Shown: positions 44,072 to 62,560, counted from the first letter of the stretch. The stretch: 64,000 nt of DNA from the human T2T-CHM13v2.0 reference genome, Homo sapiens (GCF_009914755.1 NC_060926.1); one strand, 5' to 3'. Notes: a model not told the origin generated them from the sequence alone. Program-made: numbers and translations.

Positions 44072-45178
44072 CAGTAGTCCCCCCCTTATCTGAGGGGATA
44101 CATTTCCATACCCCTAGTGGATGCCTGAAACTGGATAGCACTGAACTGTGTATATACTATGCTTTTTCCTGTACATACGTAGCTGTGATAAAGTTTAATT
44201 TATAAATTAGGCAAAGTAAGAGATTAACAACAACAATAATAAACTTGAACAATTATAACAATATATTGTAATAAAAGTTAAATGAATGTGGTCTCTCTCT
44301 ATATATATACCTTATACTGTACTCATCCTACTTCTTGTGATGATGTGAGATTTTATCATGTGAGATAAATTGCCTATGTGATAAGATAAAGTGAAGTGAA
44401 TGACGTAGCATTTAAAACTTATGAACTGTCTCTTTCTGGTTTTTCCACTTAATATTTTTGAACCACTGGTGACCAGTAACGAAATCACAGAAAGCGAAAC
44501 CATAGATATCCTCATCCTTGGTTTCAGTTTCCCTTGGTCAAACATGGTTCGAAAATATTAAACGGAAAATTCCAGAACTAAACAATTCATAAGTTTTAAA
44601 CTGAGTGCCATTAGATATTTAGATCTATAGAGAGATCTTGAGAGAGACGGAGAGAGAGAGAGAAAGATCACACTCGTTTAACTTTTATTATAGTATATTG
44701 TTATAATTGCTCTATTTCATTATTAGTTACTGTTGTTAATCTCTTACTGTGCCTAATTTATAAATTATGAGTAGGGTGATGAAATCTCATGCTGTCCCAC
44801 TCCATTCTGCCCAGGATGTGAATCAGCTCTCTATCCAGCTATCCATGTTGTATATGCCACCAGCCATTAGTCATTTAGTAGCCAACTCTTATCAGATCAA
44901 CTGTCCTGGTGTCACAGGGCTTGTGTTCAAGGAACTTTTATTTTACTTAATAATGGCCCCAAAGCACAAGAGTTGTGATGCTGGCATATTGTTATAGTTG
45001 TTCTATTTTATTATTAGTTATTGTTGTTAATCTCTAATTGCACCTAATATCTAAACTTCATCACAGCTATGAGTGCATAGGAAAAAATATAGTGTATATA
45101 CGGTTCAGCGTATCCATGGTTCGAGGCATCCACTGGGGGTCTTGAAAAGTATCCCCCACAGATAAGGGAAGACTACTG
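44072..45178. mobile_element. Two MER44 (Tigger7-derived) copies fused tail-to-tail
   Basis: Outer TIRs cagtagtccccccc.ttatctg and cagataagggaagactactg flanked by TA; centre at gatatc 44505-44510. Confidence 0.85.
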
Positions 45179-47424
45179 TAATGTTCTATTTCTTAAACTA
45201 GGTGTTAGATCCAAGGTGTTTATTGCATTGTTATTCTTTAAACCTTATACATACTTTATACATATTCTTTTACCTATTTCATAAAATCGAAAGTCTTTTA
45301 AAAAAAGAAATCCTTACTCCTTTCCAAATTACAGACCCATTAAATATTTATTGAACATTTTATCCAAAATATGTTCATTTCCTTTTTTATTTATTAGATA
45401 TTTTAATGGAAAAAGTAAAAATGCAAATGTTAAAAAATACACACTAGACTCCCCACAGTGCCTTTCCTCATATAGAACTGTGTAATAGCATTTCAGCTTT
45501 CCTATTTTAAAAAATTCAGTGCATACAGGTATATACTTTTAGTTTGTAGTTTTTTTCCTTACAAATAATCATATTATATACACTTTTCTGCACCTTGAGT
45601 TTTTTTTCACCTAATCTGCAAAATTATTCCATGTCAGGCACACTGATCTATTTTCTTCCATTTAATGGCTACAGAGTAATCTATTGCATGATTGACTGTA
45701 ATTTACTTAATCCCTAATGACAAGCCTTTTGGTTATTGCTAGTCTCTTGCAGCTACAAATGATTATATGTACATTTCCTTGTTAATAAATTACAAACTTG
45801 GGTTTTACAGGATCACTGTTTTACACAGGGAGAAAGCAAAATCATTCCACTACAGGCCATTGTTATATTCTTGACCACCTCAGAGCAAAACTGGTCAAGA
45901 ACATCAATTTCCACTGTTAATGTCCTTTCCTTGGCTTTTGATTCTGTGAAGAGAAGTCACTTAAAGGTAAATCTTTGAGTTTAGTATTGGGATCCCTGAG
46001 TATATTTGCTCATTCAGAATCTCTCATTATACAAACAGAAAGGCAATGGATATGTCTTCTTGAGGAATCAGTTATTAATTTCCAGAGAAATAAGTGGTCT
46101 GCTATTTCTTGGTTGAGTAAGAAACACACGTAATCTCACTTATGCACACCGTATGATTCTATCACTATGATCTAGAAACTGCCTAATAGATAACTGGCTC
46201 TGCTGACCATAATACCACTCTGAGAAAAGGGCAGTGGAGCTACTATTCTAGGATTAAAGTCATTCTTTTAATTGAATTAAGCTAATTGTCCCAAACAGCA
46301 AGCTATGTCATGCAGTTACCTTAGCAAATATTTACCAACTAGTTTATCTTGGAAGCTATATAAAGAAGGTACTTACTGAAAATTAAACTTCAGTGAACGT
46401 TTTAAGTAATTGTTTTGTTTTTAAGAGCAAAGTAGGTTTTTGACTACATCTTTTCAAAAGTATACTGTTAAAATTATTGTGGCCATGCCTGATGGTGCGG
46501 ACTTTGAAGTATCAACTATGCATTTGTCAGGGTTTAAAAATATCAAAATTATTTTCTACAGAAAATTTCAACCTTGTTCAAGCACTCTGAGCATACAGGA
46601 AGTGTCCTTCTAACATTCTTAGGTTCCTCAACACAGAAATGTCAACCCTATTTCTGGTTTAGTTCAGCTAAAAGGCCAGAGTTCTAATTTACTACAAACA
46701 CAAAAGAGCTGAGCTCCATGTACTCGCCAGGGAGCATCATCTCAACTCTGCATTAGCCAAAAGCTAGTAAAGACTTGGTTAAATATTTACATAGTATGTC
46801 TGAAGGATATGCAACATTAACAATTCTTGTGTATTATAAAACAGACTCTCAATAGGTAGAGGGTAGGAGAACCAGAATTATTTAAGGGGCTTATCCAAAC
46901 TTCACTCACTTCTGATTCTCAACTACACTAAAAGGTCTACTGTAGACTCTACAGCATCTTGAATCCAGAAATTAGGCTGATATCAACACCAGCCTTCAAC
47001 TAACCATGACCATATTAGTTTTCATGGTTGTACTGAGAGAAGAATCACCATTTATAATAGTGTCTCCATATAAAAGAATTTCATAGGTTTTGGACTGCCC
47101 ATGTAAGGTCTGTAATCTAGCCTTACTTTAAAAGGCCAAGATCATAGGACCATTTTAGGTCATATTTGAATCTCCCTGCTCTGAATCCTAGAATAGGTGA
47201 GTCTTCTCTCTCACTTGCTACTTAATCAAAACTGTAATGTGATCGTATTTTTTTCACAAAAGTAGCAAATATTTTTTTAAAGTACCTACATGCTTCATGT
47301 TGGGCGCAATCCTATGGGAGATACTAAGAGTAAAAGAGAGTCAGTGCTCTTGGAGCTTAAAACCTGGTTAAGAAGACAGGTATTCACATACAATATAACT
47401 AATAGCATAAGGCAAACCATTTTA

Positions 47425-47876
<452 letters not shown>

Positions 47877-50800
47877 TTAAAAAGGAGAGAAGACAGCATG
47901 CAAGGGAAAAGTACTTAAGCTGACTGGATGACAAGAGGACTTCATGACGAAAGAAGGTACAAAAATTTTTTTTCTGGCATTAATTTTTTTTAGAAACTTG
48001 AATGCCAAGCTAAGCAGCTTTGCTGTCTTATGGGCTTTGACAGTTTCTGAACAGGAGAGATATGTTACAAGAGCAGATGGACTAGGCTAGAGAGTAGAAA
48101 CATGGTGACCCCATGGACCTTCACTAAATGTGTCCCTTATCACCTCAACTAGAGCACAGATTTCTGTAGGTTAAGGACCATGTCTTCTAGTTCCATCAAC
48201 ATTCTATGCTCTCTCTACCCTCTAGATTGTGGCAAATATTGTACTTTCTGCCAGGAACACCTCCACTCTCCGCCTCTGCTGCCCACCGCACCCCTCCTGT
48301 CAGACTAACTCCAAATAATCTTTCAACTTTGGGCTTAGGCAGACTTCTTCCAGGACACATTCCCTGATATCTCAAGTCTAGCTTAGGTACCTGTCCTCGG
48401 TTGTACACTACACCCTTTGCTTTCCCTAACACAGGCAGCATGTCATACATGAAACTTCCTGTTTTCTTGCTTATTTTGCCCACTAGATTATACACTCTGC
48501 ACAAGAAGAAACCATAGCTGACTTCATTTTCTCCACAATATTTAAGATACTGAGTATAATGCCCAGTTTACAGCTGGTGCCTACTAAACAGTTGCCGAGT
48601 GAGTGAAGCGAAACACAAGGACAGAGTCCTTAAGACAGGCAAGGAGAAAAGGAATTATGACCAAGATAGTAACACATTAATAATTTCACAAAATGCATCA
48701 TCAGGTATAAATGTAGTGGCATTCAGAATCATCATTTGAGTTAATAAAATGAGTACCCTGCCAGAGCTTGAAATGTTCTTAAACACAAATAAATAACGCT
48801 TGTCTCACTGGTTTACAAACAGTTCAATTCTAGTTCACCGAAACAAGCAAACAGGCTAATAAGTTACCACTGCAGATATAGCGAGCCCTGGGGGTAAATT
48901 CTCCAGTGACAGGCATTTCAAACGTTTATCTATGTGATCAAAAACCAGCCTGGAAAACAATAAAAGTGATAGCCAAAAAGGAAAAACTGAAGCTCTGTAA
49001 GTTCAAGCTCCTAGGAAGAAAAAAGGAGACCACTAAAAATTGTGAATGGGATAAAACAGACAGGTGAAAACAAACAAATCAGGATAAAGAGTGAGAATGA
49101 AGCAGCTTTAAATTCAGAACTGTCAGACTATGCAAAAGGTGAGTTATTCCCTCTCCCACCAGGTAAGGATATGCAGGCACAACTGATGAGAGGCCCTTGG
49201 GGAAACACAGAAGCTACTTGCAGATCTCTACTTGCCTAGCACAAAGCATAAGGTGCAGAGAGCAAGAGTGGCGGTAACCTCTACCAACAAGGCAACCCTT
49301 GGCATGATCCGTTCATTGCTAGACTCCACAGAGCCCACAGCCAGGGCCTGGACAAAACAGGTCAGCAACAGAGGTTTACTGAATCAAAGAAAACACCTGC
49401 CAGGCACCATTTCGTTTTATTTTAAAAGCTTTAGAAATATTATTCTAGCACTATATGGTTATTGAGGAAAAAATAAAGAATGCCACAAAGAGAAATCTAA
49501 AAATCACCACGAACTTACCAACTAAATTTAGCCACCAGTTTTATGTTTTGATGTAGGTCCATCTACACCTCCCTCCTCATATAGTGTCCTATAATCAGCT
49601 TACTGCACTTACTAGCATATCAAGAATGGTTCCATATCAATCTGAAGCCATTTTAACATAGTAGTCTCTGTGTTTTACACTCTCTGTGCCTCTCCTGTGT
49701 GTGAACATTTGTCTGGCCATACATTCCTCCGGAGCACTAACCTTGACACCAAGAACAACTTACTCCCATCTGGGTTAAGCCATAGGTGGAACGCTGCTAC
49801 TCCAGCTATTTCAATTTGTCTGCATATTCCACATCTAATCTTGGTAATGCCAAGGGTCTAGTTCTTGAGTTTTTAGAGCATCTGAGCTTTGGCCATTTTG
49901 GTAGGCTTTTAATCCAATCTGCCATCTAACAGCCTAGAAAAAATTTAAACCAAGCTCCAATTTCTCATAGAAACCCTGTCTTCAAGATCTGCCACACATA
50001 TGAAAAGTTGCAATGCCAGAAGCACATGCTTCTGAACAAAAAGTATACCAGTGAAAACTATTGTGCAGTGAAAAAGGCATCTGGTGAAACGTGTTGAAAA
50101 AAAGGTGGGGGGGGAGGTATCCACACACACCCATTTCTTACACACACATCCCATATCATTCTTGATCATCTCAGGAATAGGGATCAACAGAGTAATGTAC
50201 AGAGGTATAAAAAGAAAAGCTAGCAAAGGCAAGCAAAGCCACCATGTAGGAGTAAGGAACTGCATAGGAAACAGTAGTAAAGGTGTGGGTTGTGTCCAGT
50301 TTTTAAAAACAGGACTTATTCACAGGCCATGGAGCAAACACCATAAATCTGGTCACTGGATGAAAACAAATGCTGAAGGCCAAAGCCTGGGGGTTTTCAG
50401 TTAGTATTTCAATCGGGAAGCCAATAAACTATTAAAACGGAGCTATTCCCTAGATTCTGGCCTATAAAACCACCCCACAAGAGAGAAATCATCTAACGGC
50501 CTGTGTCTCCTCACCACAGTGATTGCTGATAAAAACAGCAACCTCATCTTAAGAAAAATAATCCCCCCATCCCCCGCAAAGGAAACAAACGTACAAAGAA
50601 GACAAAGCATGCACATGCGTTTCAAAGGATATGATCAAATGCAAACTAATAAAATAGAAACAACTAATAAAAAGAAATCTCAGTTTGAAATCCCATCAGG
50701 AAGCCCATCTCTGATTCTGCTCTTGGAATCCTCTCAGATTCTGTTCTTGGAATCCAATCCCTACCTCAGACTGGGCTGACACTAGCTTTTCTCCCTAGAG

Positions 50801-51046
50801 TAGTTAACAAAACAATGAGTGATCAGAAAAGAGATGTCAGGAGTCCCGTGGTCAGAATCTCACACTCAGGAAGTCTGTGTATTCATAGCGATGGATCTAC
50901 CAGGAAGCCCTTTCAGGCAGACCATGTTTGAAGGAAAGCATCCTCCTCGGGGCCTCTGTTTTGAGCACACTGACTGATCAGGGCTCCAACCAGTATCCTT
51001 GTTTCCCTGCCGATCCTCTGTAGGTAGCCATAGGATTTTTGGACTT

Positions 51047-51215
51047 TTTTTGTTTTTTGTTTTTTTGAGACAGAGTCTTGCTCTGTCACCCAGGCTAAGA
51101 GTGCGGTAGCACAGTCAGAGCTCACTGCAGCCTCAAACTCCTGGGTTCAAGTGATCCTCTTGCCTCAGCCTCCTAAGTAGCTGAGACTACAGGCACATGT
51201 TGTCATGCCTGTCTA
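51047..51215 (-). mobile_element. AluJ right arm / FRAM-like monomer
   Basis: gagacagagtcttgctctgtcacccaggct...gctcactgcagcctcaaactcctggg. Confidence 0.85.
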
Positions 51216-51604
51216 ATGACGTGTTGTTTTTCTAATCCTTCCCTTTCAGAAGTTGCTTTCAAGGTGGAGAATTCCCAAATCACTAAACTGCCTATTACAA
51301 TACTATCCTGAGACAGGGAAGTGAAAGGTCTTGGTCCTGGAAGAGCCCTGCCACGCCCCCTGTGAAGTCACTGGCCCAAAGGTGGGCCAGGAAACACATT
51401 TCCACTCCTTTACACAGTGAGTTGGTGAGTAAATATCAATCTCTTGAATTCTTCATGTGTGCAAGGTCCCATTTGGGCAGCTTACATGGGTATTTTTTAA
51501 CTAGGAATTCTTTTTTAGAAAATGTTCCTAAAAAATCATTTCTAAAATCTCAGAATCAATTAACTGTTATAGTTTAATTCAATAATCATTTACTAAACAG
51601 TTTC

Positions 51605-52091
51605 TGATAGACTTTTTCCAAAGATGGTCAACAAACTTCTATCGTTCCTTATATGTAAGTGCCTCCTTCCTTCGAAGAAGTGGGTCTATTTCCCGTTTCC
51701 TTGACTCTAGGATGCCTCATGACTTGCTTTGATCAGGCAGCAGAAGTGACACTGTGCTAGTTCTGGCTTAAGCTTTACAAAGCATGGCAGCTTCTGGGTT
51801 CACCCTCTTGAAGTCCTGACTACCCTGCTAGAGAGAGGCCACTTTGGCCCCCAGTCATTTATGCTTCTACTTCCAGCCCCAGAAATGTGAGTGTGAAGCC
51901 ATGTTGGTTCTATCAGCCCCAGCTGAGGTCTCAGATGAAAGCAGCCACCTGAGTGATCCCAGATGACAACACATGGCGAAGAAGGACTGCCCAGCTAAAC
52001 CCGCCTGCCACACAGAATTGTGAGAAATGATAAATTGTTAAGTCATTAAATTTTGGGGTTGTTTGTCATGCAGCAATACGTAATTGAAACA
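51605..52091 (+). mobile_element. MLT1 (MaLR) LTR
   Basis: tgacttgctttga...cagaagtgacactgtg...actgcccagctaaaccc...ttttggggttgtttgtcatgcagcaata...tgaaaca. Confidence 0.85.
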
Positions 52092-52194
52092 CAGTTATAA
52101 TACTGAAGGCAATGAGTTAGACTCTGCGGAAAAGGTAATACTAAATAGAAGAGATGCTGATAACAAGGAGCACACGATTTACCTTTACTATATT

Positions 52195-52932
52195 GATTCT
52201 CTCATAGTTCTAGAAGTCAGAAGTCTGAAATCAGTATCAAGGGTATCAAAATCAAAGTGTCAGCAAGGTACCTCTAGAGACTCTACAGCAGAATCCCATC
52301 TTGATCTCTTCCACCTGCTGGTGGCTGTCAGTATTTCTTGGCTTATAGCTGCGTATTAGTCCGTTTTCATGCTGCTATGAAGAAATACCCGAGACTGAAT
52401 AATTTGTAAAGAAAAGAGGTTTAATTGACTCACAGTTCTGCATGGCTGGGGAGGCCTCAGGAAATTTACAATCATGGTGGAAGACACCTCTTCACAGGGC
52501 AGCAGGAGAGAGAATAAGAGCCAAGCAAAGGGAGAAAAGCCCCTTATAAAACCATCACCCCCCATGATTCAATTACCTCCCACCAGTTCCGTCCTACGAT
52601 GCATGGGGATTAAGGGAACTACAATTCAAGATGAGATTTGGATGGGGTCACAGCCAAATCATATCAAGCCAAACCATATCAAACCATATCTATATTACTC
52701 CAATCTCTGTCACTGTGGTCATACTCTTTTCTTCTGTCTCCCAAATCTCCCTCTGCCTCCTTTGTATAGGCAATTTCATTAGGGCCCACCCAGCTAAGCC
52801 AAGATAATCATCACCCCAACTCAAGATTCTTAATCACATCTACAAAGATCCCCTTTCCCTTACAAGATAGCATTTATAGATTCTGGGAATTAGGATCTGA
52901 GATCTTTGAAGGGCCATTAATCTGCCTGTCAC
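52195..52932 (-). mobile_element. MLT1 LTR interrupted by a THE1 LTR
   Basis: ctcatagttctagaagtcagaagtctgaaatc ... tagggcccacc...cttaatcacatctacaaaga...gggaattaggatc. Confidence 0.75.
52352..52666 (-). mobile_element. THE1 (MaLR) solo LTR with internal deletion
   Basis: gtattagtccgttttcatgctgctatgaagaaatacccgagactg...acaattcaagatgagatttgg...cagccaaatcatatca. Confidence 0.9.
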
Positions 52933-52960
52933 AAATGCTAAAACACAAGAGTTAAGGCAC

Positions 52961-53356
52961 TGCAAAAACTGATTATAGGAATTGGAGTTATTCCTGTCAT
53001 ATCCAAGCAAATCAGAGTCAAGGAACCCAGGGAAAAAGCACTCAGGACACAAAGTGCCAGCTCCAGGAACTGTCTCACAAGCCCAGCTGCTGAAATAACC
53101 TCCCATAGCCTTAAGACTAGTTTTACCTAGTAGCTGCTGAAACGACCTGTAATTTAATGAACTTTGTTTCAAAACATTTTATGTAATATTTCTCTTTCCC
53201 AGTAAAATCCCAACATTTCCTTTGTACTTTGGACATACCAAAAACCACTCTGGTCTTTGCATATATCCCAATTTACAATTCTGTTTTTATATATATATAT
53301 TCCTAAATAAAACTTTCTGCTTAGAGATTTGTCTCTATGTTATCCGATTTTTGACA
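52961..53356 (+). mobile_element. ERV1-type solo LTR (subfamily not assigned)
   Basis: TG...CA ends, perfect 4-bp TSD gcac (52957-52960, 53357-53360), AATAAA near 3' end. Confidence 0.8.
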
Positions 53357-53494
53357 GCACTAAGGGGGAAAGAATAAACATAACTAGTTTTTCCAAGGCA
53401 ATTGTTTTTCCAAATCTTTAAAGCAATGGATTACTTATTTCAAATATAATGCCAATTTTTATTAATAAAGCATCGAAACAAAACAAAACCAGTG

Positions 53495-56510
<3,016 letters not shown>

Positions 56511-57202
56511 ATGCTATTAAATTAAAACAAAGAAACCAGAGCTGTTCTGGTTGAAGCAGGATTGAGGCAAGTGATCAACAGTTTGGCCTCTCTCTTATCC
56601 TTAGGCAAGCACAGATCCTGAACTGCCACCACGAGCTCCAGAGGCAAAGTTTAGAGCTTGATGGCTTTAGAAACTCTAAAGTGAAACTCTGAACAGCTAT
56701 CCACACTCCTTATTTCCTCATTTCCTATTATCCCTATCTTTCCAACCTACAGAAGCACATTCCATCCCCCACTGTCCATTATTCCCTACAATACCAATTT
56801 TACTTTTTCATAACATTAACAGTTACTGTTGTTTTACTGAAACATGTTTAAAGTCCATCTCCTCTCACTAGGATGTTAGCTCCCTGAGACTAAAGACTAT
56901 CTAATTTCTGCTCTGATCCCAGCACCCAGAATGGTGTCTAGTACATAGGAGGCATTAGTAAATATTTGCTATCTTCTTGCTATTTTTTTTAGAACTTCCC
57001 ACAAATCCTGCCCCTTCTTTTTCAGCCATAGGGGTTCCATGTTAATCAACCTGACTCTAAAGATATATACAAGATTACAGAAACTCTTCTTTGTTAATTC
57101 TAAAGAGCATCACATAACCTTAGTCAGGAATGTGTACTAAACATGCCAACAGTTCAAACAGTACTACATTTGTCTCATCTACTATACTATCAAGAAATCA
57201 CA

Positions 57203-57625
<423 letters not shown>

Positions 57626-57734
57626 CTAAGATTAATATTAATATGCCAACTCATATTGTTCAAGTGAGGGGGTGGTGCCAATAGTCCCATATTTCAAGGA
57701 ACATAATAAAACTAGAAGTATTTTCAAATGACTG

Positions 57735-57860
57735 TACTCATTTCCTTTTACAGATGAGAAAACTGATACCCAAGGAAATGAAGTGAGTCTCCCAACATCA
57801 AAATACAGCTTGGAGGTAAATACAGAACTAGAATCCAATTATCTTATTTCCCAATCTAGT
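57735..57860 (-). mobile_element. MIR
   Basis: ttttacagatgagaaaactga. Confidence 0.7.
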
Positions 57861-59276
57861 CATTAGACATTCCAAGGTTTCTATTTTACAAGTAATCTAA
57901 CTACTGCTGTGCCAGGCATCTTCTTAACAAGCAGAGGACACACTGTGACCCAGACAGGCCAGTTTCCAAAGAAGTTCATGTGTCCCCATGGTTTGGTTGT
58001 ATGGCAGTCTCTCCACTGCTGTCAATCAGCCTGGTCAGGTTAGATTAAGGTTCCTCACCTGAGCTTCTACTCCGACACACTGAGTCAGGCCCACCCACTG
58101 AATTTATGGGAGTAGATGAACAGGCAAACTGCCAGCTAAACTGATCTTTTAAAATCTAATCATCTGCTGTTACAAAGCATTTTTGGAGATCACTGGACCA
58201 CAGATAATTCCATTGGGTCCAATAAGTCTCCTGTCTCTCCTGTATTCAAATTAAGAGACTCTTCCTAATATACTAGAATATCCCTTACTACCCTCCACCC
58301 ACCCCCAAAAAAACATCTAACTCCCGTGCAAATCAAACCAGAAAAGAGTGTGTGTATTTGTTCTTATTCAGGCTAAATGCTTCACTTTTCCCCAGTGAAC
58401 CGATGCTTTTTGTAAGTCTGTGAACACTCAGGCTGAGACTTATTTACAAGAAAAATAAACAAACAAACAAAAAACCCAAGTAGTCACCAGGCAAATGTTA
58501 CACTCCCAATTAAGACACAATGCTGTCTATAGGTATGATGTGATGTCTGGTATACACATATTTTCCCAAATTCACAATTAGAAGAAATAAGACTCAGGAT
58601 ACAAGGTGTGATTTTCCTCAGCTGCAGAAGTATGGAAAAGAGTCCCTTAAGAAGTGGACATCCATCTCAGACTGCAGGAATTAGTCTTCCTTCTGAAGAA
58701 CTGCCTGGAAGTACTCAAATAATAGGATAATTTTCAACAGATTGGCTGGATTTCCAGACGGAGAGGGAAAGCCAGCATTTGGTAGAGTTGTGAAAAGAAC
58801 ATTTTGGACATCTTAGCCATTTGTTTTTTTGAGAGCTAGAAAACTAATCTGGAATAAGTATAACTCATTATTGCTATTATTATTAAAAACTCTAACCTCT
58901 GGCTCCTGGGGCTGGCAGCAGTAAGTAGGTTGGTTTCTGTATACATGCAAATGAAATTTATTAAGTTAGATATTCCAAGATGAGAGTCCTGTTTTTGGTT
59001 TTCTCACAAACGCTGGTTTTTTAAAGTACTCTGAAGTTAGTAGACTGCCACCTCTTGCAGACCCTGGAAAGGAATTTGCTTGGCCCCAAGAGCAGCCTGT
59101 ACATTGAAATTACACAGAGTCAGACTTTCAACATAGCTGGGAGTCATTCCCTTACATATGTGTTTCCGCTTAATAGCCAGACCCAAAATCGTTTAAAGAC
59201 TGAAGCTGTGTTTGCTACTTCAACTATATTTCTTATAGCACCCAGCAGAGGAGAACAACATAGCATGCACTTTCTA

Positions 59277-59508
59277 CATTTTGTTTTTAAGAGACAGTGT
59301 CTTGCTCTGTCACCCAGGCTGGAGTGCAGTAAAGCAGTCATGGCTCACCGGGCTCAAGTGATCCTTCTGGCTCAACCTTCCAAGTAGCTAGGACTACAGG
59401 CATGCACTACCATGCTTGGCTAATTATTATAGAGACAGGGTCTCGCTATATTGCCCAAACTGGTCTCAAACTTCTGGCCTCAAACAATCCTCCTGCCTTG
59501 GCCTGCCA
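59277..59508 (-). mobile_element. Degenerate AluJ
   Basis: gagacagtgtcttgctctgtcacccaggctggagtgcagt...gagacagggtctcgctatattgccc. Confidence 0.85.
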
Positions 59509-59697
59509 ACTTTTTTCTTTTAAATAAATGAAGAAATAAATCAAGTCTCTTTTCTTCCCTTTAGTTATATTCTATTAATTGCAATTAATATGCACTCATT
59601 AAAACAAACAAGCAATATACAAATAAGTAAGTAGAAGGAGAAATTCCACTTTGTCCATTCTAGACCTTTTCTATGCACATATAAAAACATTAAATTA

Positions 59698-60012
<315 letters not shown>

Positions 60013-60882
60013 TTACACATACATGGTTATGTTAAACAATATTGTTTGGCAACTAACTTTTAAAAAATACTTAGGTGCTGTATTCATGTATGTCCTGGAA
60101 AGAAAGAGAAAGATATTTTCCTTGTCCTTAATTTAAAAGAAAACTTTTAAAATAAAAGTACACTCTATTTTAGCTCCAAGTGTGATTAACAGTTAAGTTA
60201 AATACGAATAAGAAGCAAATCATATGCCCTCAGAATTTTGAAGGCAATGCTCCATTAACTTCTAAGTCCACTGTCATTTTGATTCCTAATTCTCTGTATA
60301 TGAGCTGTTTTTTTTTTCTCTCACTTCACAAAATTTTGGAAATGACGAGTCTTGGGGTGAATCATTTTTCATTCACTGTACTAGGACTCATGTTCTTTAG
60401 TTCTACATGTTCTTAAGCTACTTGATAATTTTCTGCCCTCACTTTGCTCTGCTCTCCTTTCTGAACTTCTGTAAGTTGAATGTTCAACTGCCTGATAATC
60501 CTCTAATCTTATTTTTTCTCTCCCATGTTCCATCTCCCTCTCTCTAGGTCAATCTCTGGCAGTGTCCTTTTACTGTCTTCCCTAGTATGTACTGAAATTT
60601 TTACTTGGGCTATCATATTTTTTAATTTTCTAAAGCTCCTTCTTATTCACAGATTGCTCTTAATTTCATCTCACCTCCCTGAGAGTGTAACTTACTTTTT
60701 TTCCATCTGTTCCCTATATTACAGTATACCTGCTTCTACGGAATTCCCGTTTTTAAAAAATCTCTATTTTTCTTTCTATTGTTGATTATAAATTTTAGGT
60801 GGCAGCTGTTTCTTGGTATGCCTGTAGTACTTCTGTCCGTCATACAAACACACTTTCTCTCTTGCATAAGCACGTGCTCTCG

Positions 60883-60927
<45 letters not shown>

Positions 60928-61934
60928 ACAACAATGCAAAGAGTAATTCTGTCAGTTAAAAACAGGAGCATATTAAATGCTATAATGTGTAAAACAAGGG
61001 TTAGAGAGCAGGCTAACAAGAAGACACAAGAGAAGCCTATCCTGAATAAGCAGTATTGCAGAAAGGCATTTATGCAAAGGATAGGTTAGGTTCTGGCTTA
61101 TACTCATCCAAACACGCTTTCCACTATGTAAATCTGAAAAACATCAATTCTAAATGCAGAATTAAAAGATTTTTCTCTTCTTCTCAATTCAGCTATGACT
61201 AAGGAAACAGAGACACAATAGTTACTAAGGAGGCAGGAAATCCTTCCAGCTAACCAACTTTTACATTCTGTTCCTTATGGTCAAAACGTTGACCACACTG
61301 TGGTAGCTCTTTTTGACTTTATGACCTTATTACTAAGACCATCAATTATATTCACTGTTATTTGTGCAGACGAACTGCTCGATTGCCAAAAGACTACGCT
61401 ACAGTGCTATTTAACCTTTCCCAACAGAGACTCATTGAAACTCATTTGGTAAAATGTTTTACCTAACCTTGCAAAGATACTTCCTAGTAAATATTTGAGG
61501 TATATAAATACCTCCAAGTAGTCTTAAAAATGTGCAAAACTCATCATTGTTAAGGCAAATACTCATCTAAATTATAAAATCACATTAAAAGTTTAAAAAA
61601 AGTCATGCATTCAGACAAAGGTAATATTCCACATAAACTAAGGCAGTTCAAATACTATTTATCTGACTACATTCAGCCTACTTCCAATGGCAATTAAAAA
61701 ATAATAATATGCACAGCATTTCATTTTAGAAAAGGCTGCTACTACATCATGGAATAGAATGTGAAACCATGTTCCACAGATTATTTATTCTGTGGTGGGG
61801 TGGGAATGAGGAAATGCAAAGTAGAGAAAGAGCAAAGGTCTAGAACCAGCCTGACCAGAGGAATACCACACAGTGGCAGTGTAACCTTGGGTGATTCATT
61901 CAACCTTGCTAAATAATTTTACATTTTCTTTTCT

Positions 61935-61971
61935 TTTCTTTTTTTTTTTAAGCAGAGTCTCGCTCTGTCAC
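61935..61971 (-). mobile_element. Ultra-truncated Alu (~21 nt) inserted in a MIR
   Basis: T-run + agcagagtctcgctctgtcac between tacatttt(c/g)ttttct repeats (61920-61934, 61972-61986). Confidence 0.8.
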
Positions 61972-62505
61972 TACATTTTGTTTTCTATAAAATGGGAATA
62001 ATAGTGCCTACTTAGTGGAATTACTTGAGAAATGAGATAATGCATCAACAAATCACAAATCTAACTTTGTACCTTCTGAACAAATTACACACACATTGTT
62101 CTTTTGTCTTGGCTCTTGCCACCAAGTCCTCTTCCTTTCCCTCAGCACTTTAAAGATGAGATGAAAGGAATAGAGAGGAAATTAGTATAAATTACAATTA
62201 AGTTCAACACACTCAAGATACTAAGATACTAAGAGTACACCAGAGAACATAACTCACTTTCAAACTTACAATGCAAATAGCTTTTAAAAATACACAAAGT
62301 ACAGGCATTGAAAGCATGAATAAAATTTAGGTCTGGCATAAAAAATTTTACACAGCATTCTGAATACATTAACACCTATACTTTGAAGGAATCAAACACT
62401 AAATTTTATATACGTGTGTGTGTGTGCACACACGTGCCAAAGGCCAGGAAGACAGCTATGAAGTGGGATAGAATGTTCCACATCGGTAGAAAAAACGTAT
62501 TTAGG

Positions 62506-62511
<6 letters not shown>

Positions 62512-62560
<49 letters not shown>
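62512..62560. repeat. (CA)n microsatellite
   Basis: Pure CA run. Confidence 0.95.
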
